Source: Octopus sinensis
Lineage: Eukaryota
DNA: 64,000 nt
Reading direction: 5' to 3'
Assembly: GCF_006345805.1 (NCBI RefSeq)
Contig: NC_043024.1
Location: 5,766,001 to 5,830,000, forward strand
The position numbers and the translations under genes are program-made. The notes below the pieces were generated by a model that did not search any database, had not been told where the DNA came from, and saw only the letters and a list, made by a program, of their open reading frames with translations. This document shows, piece after piece, positions 12,711 to 25,050 of the stretch. Within the stretch, counting starts at the first letter, position 1; the number at the start of each line of letters is the position of its first letter.

Positions 12711-12927
12711 AGACTCCAAGATGCATTTCTAGTTCTTTATCCTTCCTCAGTAGGAGATACTAAAGAGACACAACCCTGGGCAGATCATAAAGCCACAGCT
12801 CTTCTAGCAGGGCTACAACTGTATTTGTTCTAACCGACAGTCTGTGAGCGTGGCTTTATAATCTCAGTTATCTCCCTTCGGTATCTCCTGATGAAGGTTA
12901 GGAAGCTAGAAACACATCTAGGAGTCT
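12711..12927. ncRNA. Palindromic small element with a degenerate minimal hammerhead motif in each arm
   Basis: 12711-12768 is an imperfect inverted repeat of 12871-12927. Minus arm: CTCCTA-CTGAGGA-...-GAAA-TGCA-TC-TTGGAG. Plus arm: CTC-CTGATGA-...-GAAA-CACA-TC-TAGGAG. Inner IR ataaagccac/gtggctttat. Confidence 0.5.
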
Positions 12928-14099
12928 ACTACAGATTGACAATGAGCAGATGTTTTTAGACCTTTTTACCATAAATGAAAATTTTTCTAAACAGTAAATT
13001 GCAGGTAAAGTATATCACAAATATATATGAACTAACCTAAAGTTTGTTTCTATATTACCCCTGGTAGGGTACAAAATTAGTGTATTTCCTCTGGTGCAGA
13101 CACTCCTGGTACATCACTGATAAAATTAGTGTATTTGTGAATCTTACAAAAAGTAACTTATTACAACAAAGAATGAATTTACCATATCTTAATTATTGTA
13201 ACTAATAATCAAGATGTGCTAAATTAATTCATTGTCTTCTTACCTGTATTATATAAATTTATATAGAAAAAGGAACACAGAAAACATTACTGGTATTTTA
13301 TGCATGTGTTTCAGTAAGCTGAAAGGCTCTATTACGCAATGAACTCACTTCTTCAGTATTATTGAACAGAGGAGTGAAGTGTAGAATATTTCTACTGCAC
13401 CGAAACTTTTCAATAACATGTGAGGCTTCTCTGGTGCCTCATTTAAAGTATATAATTGTCAGGGCCAGATTGAGAAGGATTTTAGGGGCTGCAACCCAGG
13501 AGCCTGCAAAGATTAAGTGAAACTTTTTTTTATTAAATTTAACCAAGGGCCTTACAAAATCTTAATCTGCTACAATGGTGATGAGTGAGTGGTGACCATG
13601 TAGGGGCATGACTGTTGCCCTAATCCAACATATGATCATAGATATTCCAGACATGACTGTTCTGTCTTAGTTTAAGAAACAGTTGTCTAAGACTACATTA
13701 TGCAATGTGTTTGGGTGGTTTGAGGCTGTGGTAGTGATGTGATTTGAAGGAGATTTAACTGCTATTTCTAGTAGATTGAATTATTTTCTTTGTATTTCTG
13801 ATTCAGAGGCATTATGATCAAAGATGTTCCAACCATGACCACCAAACTGGCCACCTTTTATCCATGACAACATATTTAACAATTTGAAACAAAGTACATT
13901 TAGTTTCATATCATTACAACACCCCCCCCCCTTTTCTTTAAGCAATTCACAGACTAATAGAACCAAATGAAAATAGGGTTTATTCTCTCTCAAAGAAGCA
14001 AAAAGACAAAAAAATTTGTTGGAAGGGCAATATGCAACATGCACTTCAAATAACATGAATAGTTTTATGGCACAAAGTTTTTTTAGTGCTCTGGTGTTT

Positions 14100-15665
14100 T
14101 TACCATTCTGCCTGATCTTGTGAGTCTTTCGGGGTTGGCGTTGAGCACTTCTCATGTGTCTGGCCATTATTTTGTGTTTCTGCATTGATATCAGGAGGAG
14201 TATTGGTGATTTCATTCGTTGAGTCAAGTTGAGTAGCATGTTCCATGGGGTTTGTTGGGTCTGGAACCCATTTCCTGGAGTTTGTAAGGTCTGTTGGATG
14301 GTTGTCTGTCTCTATATTGTTGGGTGACCTGGCAGGCATTTCTGTCTGAGTGGTTCCCCTATGCCAGTATCTCTGTTTCTCCACAAGTCTCTATGTATTG
14401 CTTTCACAATGTAACACCTCCGTTCTTTACATTGTCTTTGCTATTTCTCCAGGTATCCAACATTTGTTGTTTTTGCCAAGGACTCGTACAGCTTGTCCTT
14501 TGTGCAACGAAGGTAATTCCCTCTTTGCATGCTGGTCACATACAGTTTTCATTTGTATTTTCTTTCCTTCAAGAAGTTTTTTCTGTCTTTGGGTTTCATG
14601 AGAGTAGCTCCAGCATGGATGGCACAAAAGTGATTGGTCTGCCCAGTTGGATCTCAGAGGTTGACAGCATCTTTGGGTTTAATGGTGTGGCTCTTGGATT
14701 CAGTAATGCATTGTGTATGTCTTTGCTTTGTTCACATTTCTGGAATGTCTTTTTGACGGTCTGTACATGTTTCTCTATGAATCCGTTTGATTAGGGGAGG
14801 CACCTTGGTGATGATGTAGTGTGTTGAATTTCCCATTCCTGTTTGAATTGTTGAAATGGTTTTCCGGTATATTGAGGACCGTTGTTGCTGAAAATTTCAT
14901 CAGGTCTGCTGCAGAGAGAGACTGTCTTTCTGAATTCCTCTGTGACTGCTTTGCTTGGGGTTTGGCTGAGGTGAGTCACAATCGGAAATTTGGAGAAGTA
15001 GTCACAAATGAGCAGGTAAGTTTTGCTGTTGATTTCAAATAGATCTTGTTTCTTGTTTTTTTTCCATGGTGCACTGGGAATGTCATGAGGTATCAGTGGT
15101 TTGTTTTTGTTAGCAGTTGTGAATTCTTGGCATATTTGACAGGATCTGCCCATTTCTTCAATATCTTTGTTGATGTTTGTCAAATAGATGCCTTCACGAG
15201 CATGAGGTTTGGTCTCTCCTATCCCCTGATGAGAGGCACGGATCTGTACTAGAATGTCATGTTGTAGAGGAGGAGGTATCAACACTTGTGTCCGTTTGAA
15301 GATGATTCCATCTTTGAAAGCCAATTCATCTTGTAAAGGCCAGTATGACCTCATATCACCTGGGACTTGTTTCATGTTATCTGGCAACCCATAGCTGATG
15401 GTTTCTATCAGTGCAGCCAAAGCAGAATCTCTGCTGGTAAACTCATGCTTTTGGTAATGTTTTTTGATGGAAAAATTGACAAGGCGCAGGGGTGGCTGTG
15501 TGGTAAGTAGCTTGCTTACCAACCAGATGGTTCCGGGTTCGTTCCCACTGCGGGGCACCTTGGGCAAGTGTCTTCTATCTTTTACCTTGCTAGCCTTTGT
15601 TCCTGTTCTTGTTATTCTGCTCAAACACAGGTTCAAGCTGTGATCAACTTGTTTTATTTTCAATT
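14100..15665 (-). mobile_element. Gypsy/Ty3 LTR retrotransposon pol fragment (integrase), decayed; SINE A inserted at 15482-15580
   Basis: YWPLQDEL...DGIIFKRTQVLIP...SHQG...CQICQE...PHDIPSAPW...DLF...YLLICDYFSKFP integrase zinc-finger and core motifs. Confidence 0.9.
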
Positions 15666-15669
15666 AGAG

Positions 15670-16105
15670 TGAATCTTCTTAATCCTTTTTGCCCCTTGTG
15701 GAGCATAGGGCCTCAACAGTTGTTTTCCACTTTTTGCAGCCATTGGTGTGTTTCTTGGCTGCTTCCCATGTCAGGCCAGTGGTCCTGAGCTTGTCCAAAA
15801 TGCTCCGCTTCCATGTCTGCTTCGAGCGTTCTCGCTTCCTTTTCCCCTGCGGGTTCCAGTCAAGTGCTTGTCGTGTCACATTTGAGGGTTCTTTCCGCAG
15901 TGTGTCCCCGATCCATCTCCATTTCCTTCGTCTAATCTGAACATGTATGGGCTCTTGGTTGGCCCTTTTCCACAGGTCGGTGTTTGACACTCTGTCGAAC
16001 CACTTCAGATGGAGGATCTGCCGGAGACATTTGTTGATGAAGGCCTGGACCTTCTTGTAGTTGCTGCAGGTGGCTCTCCATGCTTCAGAGCCATACAAAA
16101 GCACA
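15670..16105 (-). mobile_element. RTE-clade LINE 3' fragment
   Basis: LLYGSEAW...NKCLRQIL..KW.DRVSN..LW...IRRRKWRWIG.TLRK...QALDWNPQGKRKR RT thumb/C-terminus. Confidence 0.9.
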
Positions 16106-17626
16106 AATTTTACGTTTGAACTAAATAAGCAGAGTTTAGTTCGAGTTGAGATGGCAAGGAACTTCCATACTGCCTGAAGAGTAGTGTATCTAGGACTACA
16201 TTAAAGGATGTCTTTTTATTATTATTATTATTATTAATGCCTAACACAACAGTAAGATGGCAAGCTGGCAGAGCTGTTAGCGTACAGGGAAAAATGCTTA
16301 GTGGCATTTCATCCATCTTTATGCTCTGGGTTCAAAATCTACCAAGGTCGACTTTGCCTGCCATTCTTTCAGGGTTGATAAAATAAGTACCAGTTAAGTA
16401 TTAGGGTCGATGTAATTGACTTAGCCCACTCCTAAAATTGCTGGCTTTCTGCCAAAATTTGAAACCATTATATATTGAAAAATAGAATGTGCTTTGATGA
16501 AGAACCTGGCTGCACTTTCTAATAAACCTAGCAACCACATAGGGGAAGTCTCTTGTAGGCTTGGCCTTTTTTTGTTTTTCCTTTTCTTAAAACCACCACC
16601 AAAGCTCAACTTTGACTTTTGATGACCTTATGGAACATCAACAAGACTTATTTGGCATATTTCAGAGTTGGTTTTGGATTGTGTTCATTCAGAATTCAAT
16701 CTCTCTCCCAGGAAGAATTAACCATTTTCATACAACTCATCCAAGACCATTCCCGGTTAGAATCTTCTTGTAATCTGGATCAAAACTACCTTTTAAATTT
16801 CATGTTAATTTATGTTCCAAACACCAGGTTAGTGACAAAGTGCTATTTCACTAAATTCTTCATAAATTTCCTAAATTAACTGAAACGAGCACTGTATTTC
16901 AACAAAAATATGGTAACAAAAGCGTTGATGCTTTTGATTCCAATCTCTCTAAAACCATCTTTAGTTCTTTGATAGAAACTTCCTGCTTTAAAGTGATCTA
17001 AAATCTTCCTATCGAAATTCCATACTAATGTATATATTCCTATTGACAATTTAATAATAACAGTTATTTTACCAAATTTTTTAGATTCATAATGAACTGA
17101 AACAAAAACAGTGGATTTCAACGGAAATATGGTAACAAGACTTAATCTTTTTGGTTCTAAAACTGTCTAAAACCATCTCTGGTTCTATGATAGAAACTTC
17201 TTGTTTTATCACAATCTAAAGTAAAACTTTCCATCAAAATTCTATGCTAATATTATGGAGATGTACTTGCATAGCGAGTGACCTGATCTGAGCTCGTTTG
17301 CTGGAATGAAAACAATTGCACCATGGAAGGTGTTTGTAAGCCATTTAAGAAATACACTATTTCTTTATTACCCACAAGGGGCCAACGAAGAGGGGGACAA
17401 CACATCATGATTTGGGGTCATGAAACACAGATAAAATTTACATATAAATGAACTTTAAAAATTTTTACATGAAATAACAAAAATCGAAGAAATCGAATGA
17501 TACACAATTTTTTTTTTTTAAAAACAGCACGACATAAAAAGAACACATGAAGTGGGAACACCAGGATTGCCGACCCCACGAGCCCTGTTTTTCCCACCGA
17601 AACTCGGCAGCCAACTTACAGCGTGT

Positions 17627-20477
17627 TCACGTGGCCCCTTTCACTCGCAGCAATCGTGCCACACGTTTCCATCTTTTGTCAAACTCACACGCAGACAGAC
17701 ACCTTTTCTCTAACTCCACCTTTCTTTTTAGGTGGAACCCGAAAAAGGTCACCAAGGCGGAGCCAGAGATCATGGTGCCTGTCTTTACCGCTTTCATTCT
17801 AGTCTTCCATATACACTCTTTCGCTACTGCTACTGTACTGAGAAAGCAATGCTTACCTTCACTTGTCAAAAAGCTAGGCGAGTCAATTTTTATAATTGTC
17901 TCAGCTGATAGCTGTACTCTTCTTCCGTCTGACAACAGGTGTCCCGCATATACCCACACGTCCGAAACTTCCGGACACTGAACAATAGTGTGCGAGACTG
18001 TTTCCAGATCCCGCTCGCATCTTGGACAGCTCGATGGTCCACTCCAACCGTGCCTTGTGAGTTTATCCCGAACGGGTAAAGCTGCTCTGAAACATTGCCA
18101 GGTCAAAGACTTCTGGAAGTTATCCAATGTCTTCGGCCCGAACGTCCTTCGGAACAGGCTAACTGATTTCGATCGAGGCCCAAGGTCCTTCCTAAGGCAT
18201 CGTCATTTCCGGCCTCTACCAACCTGCTATAGAAAGCTGCGGTTGTACCAAAGCCGCCGGCATTGCCCAACTTGCGGAAGTGGCAGAGTGCCTTATGGCA
18301 CTCCGAATACCACATGCTCGATCTAAGTCTACGACGATACCAGGTTTCTCTGCCACCGAAACTGACAAAGCTGGGGAACATCTGCCTTGCAAGCGGGGAC
18401 CACACCCGTTCACCATCCAGGTAGGGCCAAAGATGCCTTAACCTCAGCGCATCTCTGCGCATCATCAGCCAAGGCATCCCTAAGCCACCCTTTAACGGTT
18501 TCTGACAGCAAATAGAACGTCTTACAAGAGGAGTGCTTCCCTTCCACAAAAAGTGGAAGATCTGCCTCTCCAACTTGCTTAACCACGAATCCGGACAAGG
18601 GACGACGGTCAGGTGGTAGGTGATGACCGATGCTAAAAACACATTGGCCACCTCCACCCTCCCTTTCAAGGATAGCCACTGTCCGGACCAAGTGAGCCAC
18701 CTTGCCCGTCACCTCAGACCAGTTCTTTTCTATCTGGAGATCTGGACCAAACCAGATCCCTAGCAGCTTAACCGGGCCCTCCGTCCAGCATCCCACGATG
18801 CTATTCGAAGGCATCGACTTGCCCCTCCAGGTGCCGAGTTGCAAGCCGACCGATTTTTCCCGGTTAATCTTTGCTCCTGTCGCCGTCTCGTAAGCCTTGA
18901 TGGCATCTCCCACATTACGTAGGAGTTCCACCTCGGTCATGATGATGGTGATGTCGTCTGCATACGATGTTACAGATCCTCCACCTCCTGGATTCATCGG
19001 GATGGCGCTCAGCTTTCGCAGCAATGGCTCGAGAGCCATCACATACAAAATCGGGGAGAGTGGACACCCTTGACGAACAGACTGTCTGATGCGGAACGGC
19101 TTCGAAAGGAAGCCATTCACCCGAACGATCGAGTCAATGTTATCGTACAATTGTATGATCCACCTGAGGAAGCCAACACCCAGACCGAACTGCGCCAGCA
19201 CGGACACCAGGTACCGATGGTTCACCCTATCAAACGCTTTACTCTGGTCTAAATGGACCAGTGCCCCCAAAAAGCCGAGCGAAGTGCTCCTGAAACGTCC
19301 GACACATCTCCTCTGGTTCGGTGATCACATCGCCTTGCCCGTTCGTCACAGACTTAATTGTGGAATCGTTTCCACGTTGAGCCTCCACAACTCGTGCCCA
19401 TCCGGCAGCCTTAATACTCTCGCACCCCATTGCGCGAATTCTAGCTCTGACAATACAACCCATATGTTTGGCTTCGAGGTGCTGGTTTAACTCCAGTCTC
19501 TTCAGCCTAACTTGGGCTCCATCGCCAGATCTCATGGCTTCCTCTAAGGCCTTAACTAGCCCCATCTCTTTCCTACGCCCACTAGTTACTAGACCTATGC
19601 TGTATCTAACGGAATCGTACTTGATGGCTCTTTTGAGGGCGTACCACCATTTGTTGTTAATAATGGAACCGGTTAACGCCCTCTTCACTAATAACTCGAT
19701 CCGGTTTCTGTACTCCTCAATAGCCAGAAGGGACTTATTGAGTTTCCAGTAGCCGAATCCCTTACTACCTAACTTATCTAGGTTCAGTTCGCCAGTGACC
19801 ATCTTGTGGTCGCTGTAACTGACCAGGTGAAACTGTGGACACTTAACTAATCCTTTATCTGTTTTTCTAATAAAAATTCTGTCTATGTAGGACCTGACAG
19901 ACCCGTCGCCACTTAACCACGTCCACTGTGGAGCGTTCGGGAGTTCAAGTCTGTAGGGATCTACCAGCTGAAAGTGACTCAGTAGATCCCGGAAGCCAAG
20001 GTTTGGTTTTCTATCTTTTGAGCCAACGCCATCGATGCGCGCATCGACTATGGCGTTAAAGTCCCCTAGCATGACTATGGATTTTGACGTGCCAAGAAAC
20101 TTCTCCAGGTCTCGATAAAAATCAGTCTGACTCGAATTAGGTGCGTATACTGCTACCAGCCTGATTTCTTTACCACAACTGAACGTCAGATCTAAGACGA
20201 CCAGCCTACCTTCTGAATCAGAAAAAATCAACTTTTTCTCTGAGACACTATCTTTTTTAAGCAGGACCAACACCCCACTCCCGCCCACCCGCCGTCCAGG
20301 AGAAATAAATCTCTCGTAGCCGTCCATGAGCGGGAGTAGATCTCTTGGCCCTTTGATTCGCGTCTCAGTAGCTACAATTACATTTGAATTCTGCGACCTG
20401 ACATCATTTAGTAAACGACCTTGTTTCCAGTTCGCTGTCAGGCCGCGCACATTTATACAACCAATGTAAACAGCCAT
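17627..20477 (-). pseudogene. Tx1 ORF2 (endonuclease-reverse transcriptase) with frameshifts and an internal deletion at about 19265
   Basis: INVRGL, VATETR, GDFNAI, IDRIF, SDH (APE); LDQSKAFDRV, RQGCPLSP, YADD (RT); CPRC...HTIVQCP. The KSPG.DG...NFRPI segment present in the 48.8-51.2 kb copy is missing here. Confidence 0.9.
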
Positions 20478-20484
20478 AGTTTGC

Positions 20485-21809
20485 TTACCTTGTTTCGTCT
20501 GGGTCTGGCAGACGGGGGGAGTCCGTCTCTTCTGCCTCCAGGGTCCGTGGAATCGGCGTGCTGCTGCTCCTCCTTTCCACATCCTTCAGGGCATCTTCCT
20601 TGCTCATTCTGGATGGGCCTACATCTTTTCTGAAATCATTCGCTAACGTGTTGAACCCTCTCTGTCCCATCACGTAGCATCTCCAATCTCCACATCTCTC
20701 TTCCGTCTCCACCTCCTCGATGTGTTGTGTCTCCACTCTGCGCATCACTTCTCTGTTTGTGGTGTTCATCGCAACATATATCTTGTTTTCCTTCTCCGGC
20801 TTCTTCGCTTTCTTCACCTCTCTCTTCTCTTTGCTTATGGTTTTCTCCAGGGAGGGGTTATTATGTTTCTGTTTTGTAGCAGCAACTTGTGACCACCCCT
20901 CCCCTACTTCTGGTGCAGGTGTTGTCTCTGTTGCCGCCACTTGAGAACTTGGCTTTATGGGCTCACCCTTCTCCTTCTTTGCCGGCTTGCAGTCTTTCTT
21001 GATTTGGCCCTTCTTGCCACAGGTGAAACACCTGGGCTTCCGGCCCTCCACCATTACGGCCATCCGGCTTTCTCCAATCTCGATAACCTCGCCTATTTCT
21101 TCCAAGACGTCCGGCTCGGCCTGTATAATGATCCTCACCTTCTGTCCCTGCCACTTTTTGGCATCTCGAATTTCTATTTTGTCCTCCAGCCCTGCAGTGA
21201 CTCCAGCCACTATTTGCTTGGGCTCAACCTCTGGCGGGATGTTAGCTATTGTTATCCTCGAGACGCACCTCCCTCTATAATAGGGAGAAGGGTAATTGCC
21301 TCTGTTCTCAGAATCATGGACTGCTCCCTTGCTTCTTCCTCTGTTCTAAACCTGGTTTCCACCGTACCATATCTTTTACCCCTGGTTAAAAATATGATTT
21401 TTTCCCAGATTGGTTGTATGCAAGCCTCCACTTCCTTTTCCGAAGAAAAGTCTATCCTCCTTTCCTTATTACGATATGTTTTATATATTATCGTCTTTCT
21501 CTCTATCTCTTCGCGAGATTCTTGCGTCTGATTCAGTTTAATTTCATACCCGCTTCTGGATACTGTTTTTTTCGCTTCTTCTAGTTTGGTCAGATCTATT
21601 TTTCTTCCTTTTGGGCTAGCCGCTTCGGTGAAGTTTAGCGCTTTCTTTGCCACGCTTGGCACATCTATATTCTTTCGTACCGCATTTCTGGTTCCCCTAC
21701 TTTCCTCTTCGTCCGAGGAAAAGCCGGGTATAGCTGTTATTCTTTCTAGGCTGGACATCTCTGAACTCTGGGTTTGGTCCTCCGTTCTGTCCGCCTTCGG
21801 GCTGGCCAT
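20485..21809 (-). pseudogene. Tx1 ORF1 (gag-like) with one frameshift near 21290
   Basis: MASPKAD... start; CFTCGKKGQIKKDC (CCHC knuckle with H to Q); stop 7 nt before the ORF2 ATG. Confidence 0.8.
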
Positions 21810-22037
21810 TATTGGCCTACCCCTCCTCAGCAACTTCACTAATATTAGTCAAATAAAATTCGACTAACAAATTCAAAAACAACTTACTTTTTCTTTTTTT
21901 TTCTTTTTTCACAATTAACAGCTGGTAATAGAACACACTGACAAAATTTTCACGAGCCGAAAAAAACACGACTGCGACAAGGAATCATTTAAGAAACGCA
22001 CAAAAACCGTTAGATTCACTTCAACATTTAAATTTAA

Positions 22038-22088
22038 TTTGTCAAAATATTTTCGTCGCTTTGAGACCGCGACCTCTTCACAGACAAA
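22038..22088 (-). ncRNA. Degenerate minimal type I hammerhead-like motif
   Basis: TTTGTC(T)-GTGAAGA-G-GTCGC[ggtctcaaa]GCGAC-GAAA-ATAT-TT-TGACAAA. Stem II is 5 bp, stem III is the palindrome AATATT, and C3 is substituted by G. Confidence 0.5.
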
Positions 22089-22311
22089 ATTCCGTGCTGC
22101 ATCTCATATGCTAATATACATTCCAAAAATCAGCTTAATGATAACAAAGTTTTTTTACCAAATTCTTCATTATTTTTAAAATGAGTTGAAGCAAAGCAGT
22201 GTAGTCATCTTTCTTGGGCACTAAATTTGTTTCTTCCAGTAATACATATTCTTTAACGAGCCAATTCGCTAATCAGGACACCAGCACTTACTCTGACACT
22301 GTCAATCTATA

Positions 22312-22910
22312 TATCAATGGTGAAGAGCTGAATTGCTGCTGTCTCTAGCACTCGAGTGTCCATCATTGACAAGACCAAACAAAGTTGAAACCATGTGTTC
22401 TGGTGGTCTTGGTGTTGAAATTAGCAGCGAATTATCCCCACCACTGGTGATATAAACAAGCTTGCATTTTGCACCAAAAGCCAATCTGAGAGTTCTCTCA
22501 TGGTATCTGCTGCAGAATAGTTTGTTCTCACAGACCATCCATGTTTAAGTGGGAATAAATAGTTCCTCTCTGTATTAATTCTGCCTCTGTTGCTAATATA
22601 TTTTTTAACAAGCTAAATGGCTTATCACAAAGCCAGCGCCTCTTCTGGCACTATTTTACTACATATTGCTGGCAGGGAGGGGAGTTGCTGCTATCTCTAG
22701 CAGTTGAGCATCCATCATTGATGAGACCAAGGAAGATCAAGATCCCATGATCTGGTGGTCTTGGTGCAAGAGGCAGTGGGGATTTATCTCCCCTCTAGCA
22801 ATATAAAAGAGTGCATTTTGCACCAAAAACCAATCTGAGGGTTTCTCTCGTATCTATCGCAGAATAGTTTGTACTAACAGAACATCCACGTTTAAGCGGG
22901 GATAAATATT
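22312..22910. repeat. Diverged direct tandem duplication, period about 352 bp
   Basis: ttgctgctgtctctagca at 22333 and ttgctgctatctctagca at 22685; shared gcattttgcaccaaaa.ccaatctgag and cagaatagtttgt blocks. Confidence 0.8.
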
Positions 22911-22934
22911 ACCTCTCCATATATATATATGTCT

Positions 22935-23240
22935 GGCCCCCGTGTCGGTGGCACGTAAAAGCACCATCCGTTCATGTCCGTTGCCAGCCTCGCCTGGCCC
23001 CCGTGCCGGTGGCACGTAAAAGCCCCATCCGTTCGTGGCCGTTTGCCAGCTCTGTCTGGCACCTGTGCCGGTGGCATGTATAAAGCACCCACTACACTCA
23101 CGGAGTGGTTGGCGTTAGGAAGGGCATCCAGCCGTAGAAACACTGCCAGGTCTGACAAAGCCTTCCAGCTCCCCAGACCCCAGTTGAACCGTCCAACCCA
23201 TGCTAGCATGGAAAGCGGACGCTAAATGATGATGATGATG
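22935..23240 (+). mobile_element. SINE family C with internally repeated ~55-bp 5' module
   Basis: ctggcccccgtg.cggtggcacgtaaaag...ccgttc repeated about 2.5 times before the gttggcgttaggaagggcatcc tail. Confidence 0.85.
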
Positions 23241-24009
23241 ATATACACACACACCCACACACACACACACACACACACACATGTATGTATTTATAAATCT
23301 TTAGGCAAATATATTCAATAAGAATATTACATACTGAATTTATTTTGAGTGCTCCATTGTATAAAAATATTAATACTGTTAAAGTATTTATTTATTTAAT
23401 ACGAGCGATATATACATATATTTTTTAATAATATATTATTATTATTAATATAAGGAAATTAATATTCAAACTCATCATAAATATATACCCGTGTTAAAGA
23501 ACTTATTGTATTAAAAATATATATAAAAATATAAATTTAATGTATAAAATAAATTTGATAGTTTAAAAATTTAGAATTAATTATTTAAAGCATCTTACGA
23601 TTGTTTCGCAGAAGAGTTGTCTGTATGTATATATAAAAATATTTTTATGGAGGCAACAGATGCGGAGTCTAAAAGAACATAATTAGAAAACACATTTGAA
23701 ACTTATATAAATATATTCTTTATAAAATGGAAACAAAAATTCCAGAATACATAAATAGACAAATATCGATGTAATACATAAAACACGATTGAATTTAAGA
23801 AAACTTTATTTTGTAAGTACATTTAAGATTTTAGTATTTTAGTATGATGAAATCAAAAATTTTTCTTAAGATTAAGTATTAATCAACGAAAGAAAAAAAT
23901 ATGAAGATCACATCTACGGGTCGTTTCAGAGATGTGCCATGGGAGTTATTTTTAACAATGACAAGCTCTAAATAAACTATATATTGTATATATATATTTA
24001 TATATATAT

Positions 24010-24557
24010 ATGGTGGTGGCTGCCCCCTCATTATCGAGTATGGCCATTGCACAAAGCTTAATCAATGTTGTTATCGTGCAATGCTTGTGCAAGAAGATTT
24101 TTTTTAAGTGAGGAAAGGCTGTGCACTGAGTCAATCCCACTCACTAAGCAACAGCAGTAATAATCCGAAAAGAAGAACAAGTCAACATCATCGGTAACCA
24201 CTGAGCCGCAGGTTTTATGTCGGAGTTATCCCAGTTACCTTCTCCTAGAAGGATGCCCTAACAAAGGCTAGGAGTCCTTTACTCCCAATGGTTTAATCGC
24301 GCGACCGGGTATTCAGTCCGATCATTTCTATGTCCCCGCGCATGATACAGCCTAAGACATTTATTGGATGGCCATTGACTCTCAAGAGTTCCTCCGCCCT
24401 TTGACGGGTTTTGTTTTTCATCCTGCAGGATGTCTAATAAACACCCTCCTCACCAAGCAAGATTGGTGGGGTTGCCAGTTTAGTCGCCGACGACCCGACC
24501 ATGCAACAGGTTGTACTGGGTTACATGTTACCAGTAGCACTTGAAAGTGACCTGACA
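24010..24557 (-). mobile_element. Interspersed repeat family G (LINE 5'-UTR-like); partial second copy at 35350-35540
   Basis: About 190 bp nearly identical between 24360-24557 and 35350-35540. Carries the cttctcctag...tgcc...aaggcta..gag motif also found in the RTE 5' UTR at 28900-28950. Confidence 0.65.
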
Positions 24558-24674
24558 TTATATATACATATATACACACACACACACACACCATGTGCTC
24601 TGTTTTTGGTGCAAAACAAAACCAGTTGCTCAGTCAGAGTTTAACGTGACAGTTATGGATTATTACCTGGTAGG

Positions 24675-24729
24675 CCACACTGAAGAGGCTCAGGATTTAA
24701 ATACCCAAAAGCCGAAACCTGGTTTGTGG
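24675..24729 (+). ncRNA. Minimal type I hammerhead ribozyme candidate (intact core)
   Basis: Stem I CCACA/TGTGG; CTGAAGA (24680-24686); stem II GGCT/AGCC; GAAA (24714-24717); near-palindromic stem III ACC-T-GGT; predicted GUU cleavage after 24724. Confidence 0.72.
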
Positions 24730-25050
24730 ATATCCCCAATTGCATAATATTTTTATTTGTGCTGTTAAATGTTTTAGTCCTTTCTGTTTTTCTCTGTTAT
24801 CTTTGTGTGGTACGGTGGATAAATTTAAGACTTTAGCTCTTATTTCTGGCAGGTGGATGCTTGTTAAGTATCCTTACACTTCATGCAAATCTATAATTCA
24901 TAGCTATTTAATGTTATTGAGCCTGCGATCCACCTATGTCACTGCTGGTGATAGCAATTTAAAAATTTATCCACAGATGATATGAACAGTAGTGACATCT
25001 GATTTCAAATCTCAGTGTTTGAATGTTTTGCTTATATATATCTCTCTCTC

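Larger units (their letters stand above)
17358..21985 (-). mobile_element. Near full-length Tx1/L1-clade LINE with 16-bp TSD, inactivated
   Basis: TSD catttaagaaatacac (17342-17357) / catttaagaaacgcac (21986-22001). ORF1 with zinc knuckle; ORF2 with APE, RT and C-terminal zinc finger; 3' UTR ending aataaagaaata. Confidence 0.93.
17266..22106. mobile_element. Small (~210 bp) repeat with short terminal IR (gagatgta/tgcatctc), split by the Tx1 insertion (halves 17266-17357 and 21986-22106)
   Basis: The halves are joined by the duplicated target catttaagaaa(ta/cg)cac; the right half carries a hammerhead-like motif. Confidence 0.55.

Noticed and set aside
14791-15663. 290-aa ORF as a novel fusion protein
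   Set aside because: It is a Gypsy integrase remnant read through an in-frame SINE A insertion (RRHLPKVP...TTQP recurs in many SINE ORFs).
22312-22910. Conserved reading frame in the 352-bp duplication
   Set aside because: The second copy needs compensating indels and contains a stop; peptide similarity is explained by DNA similarity.
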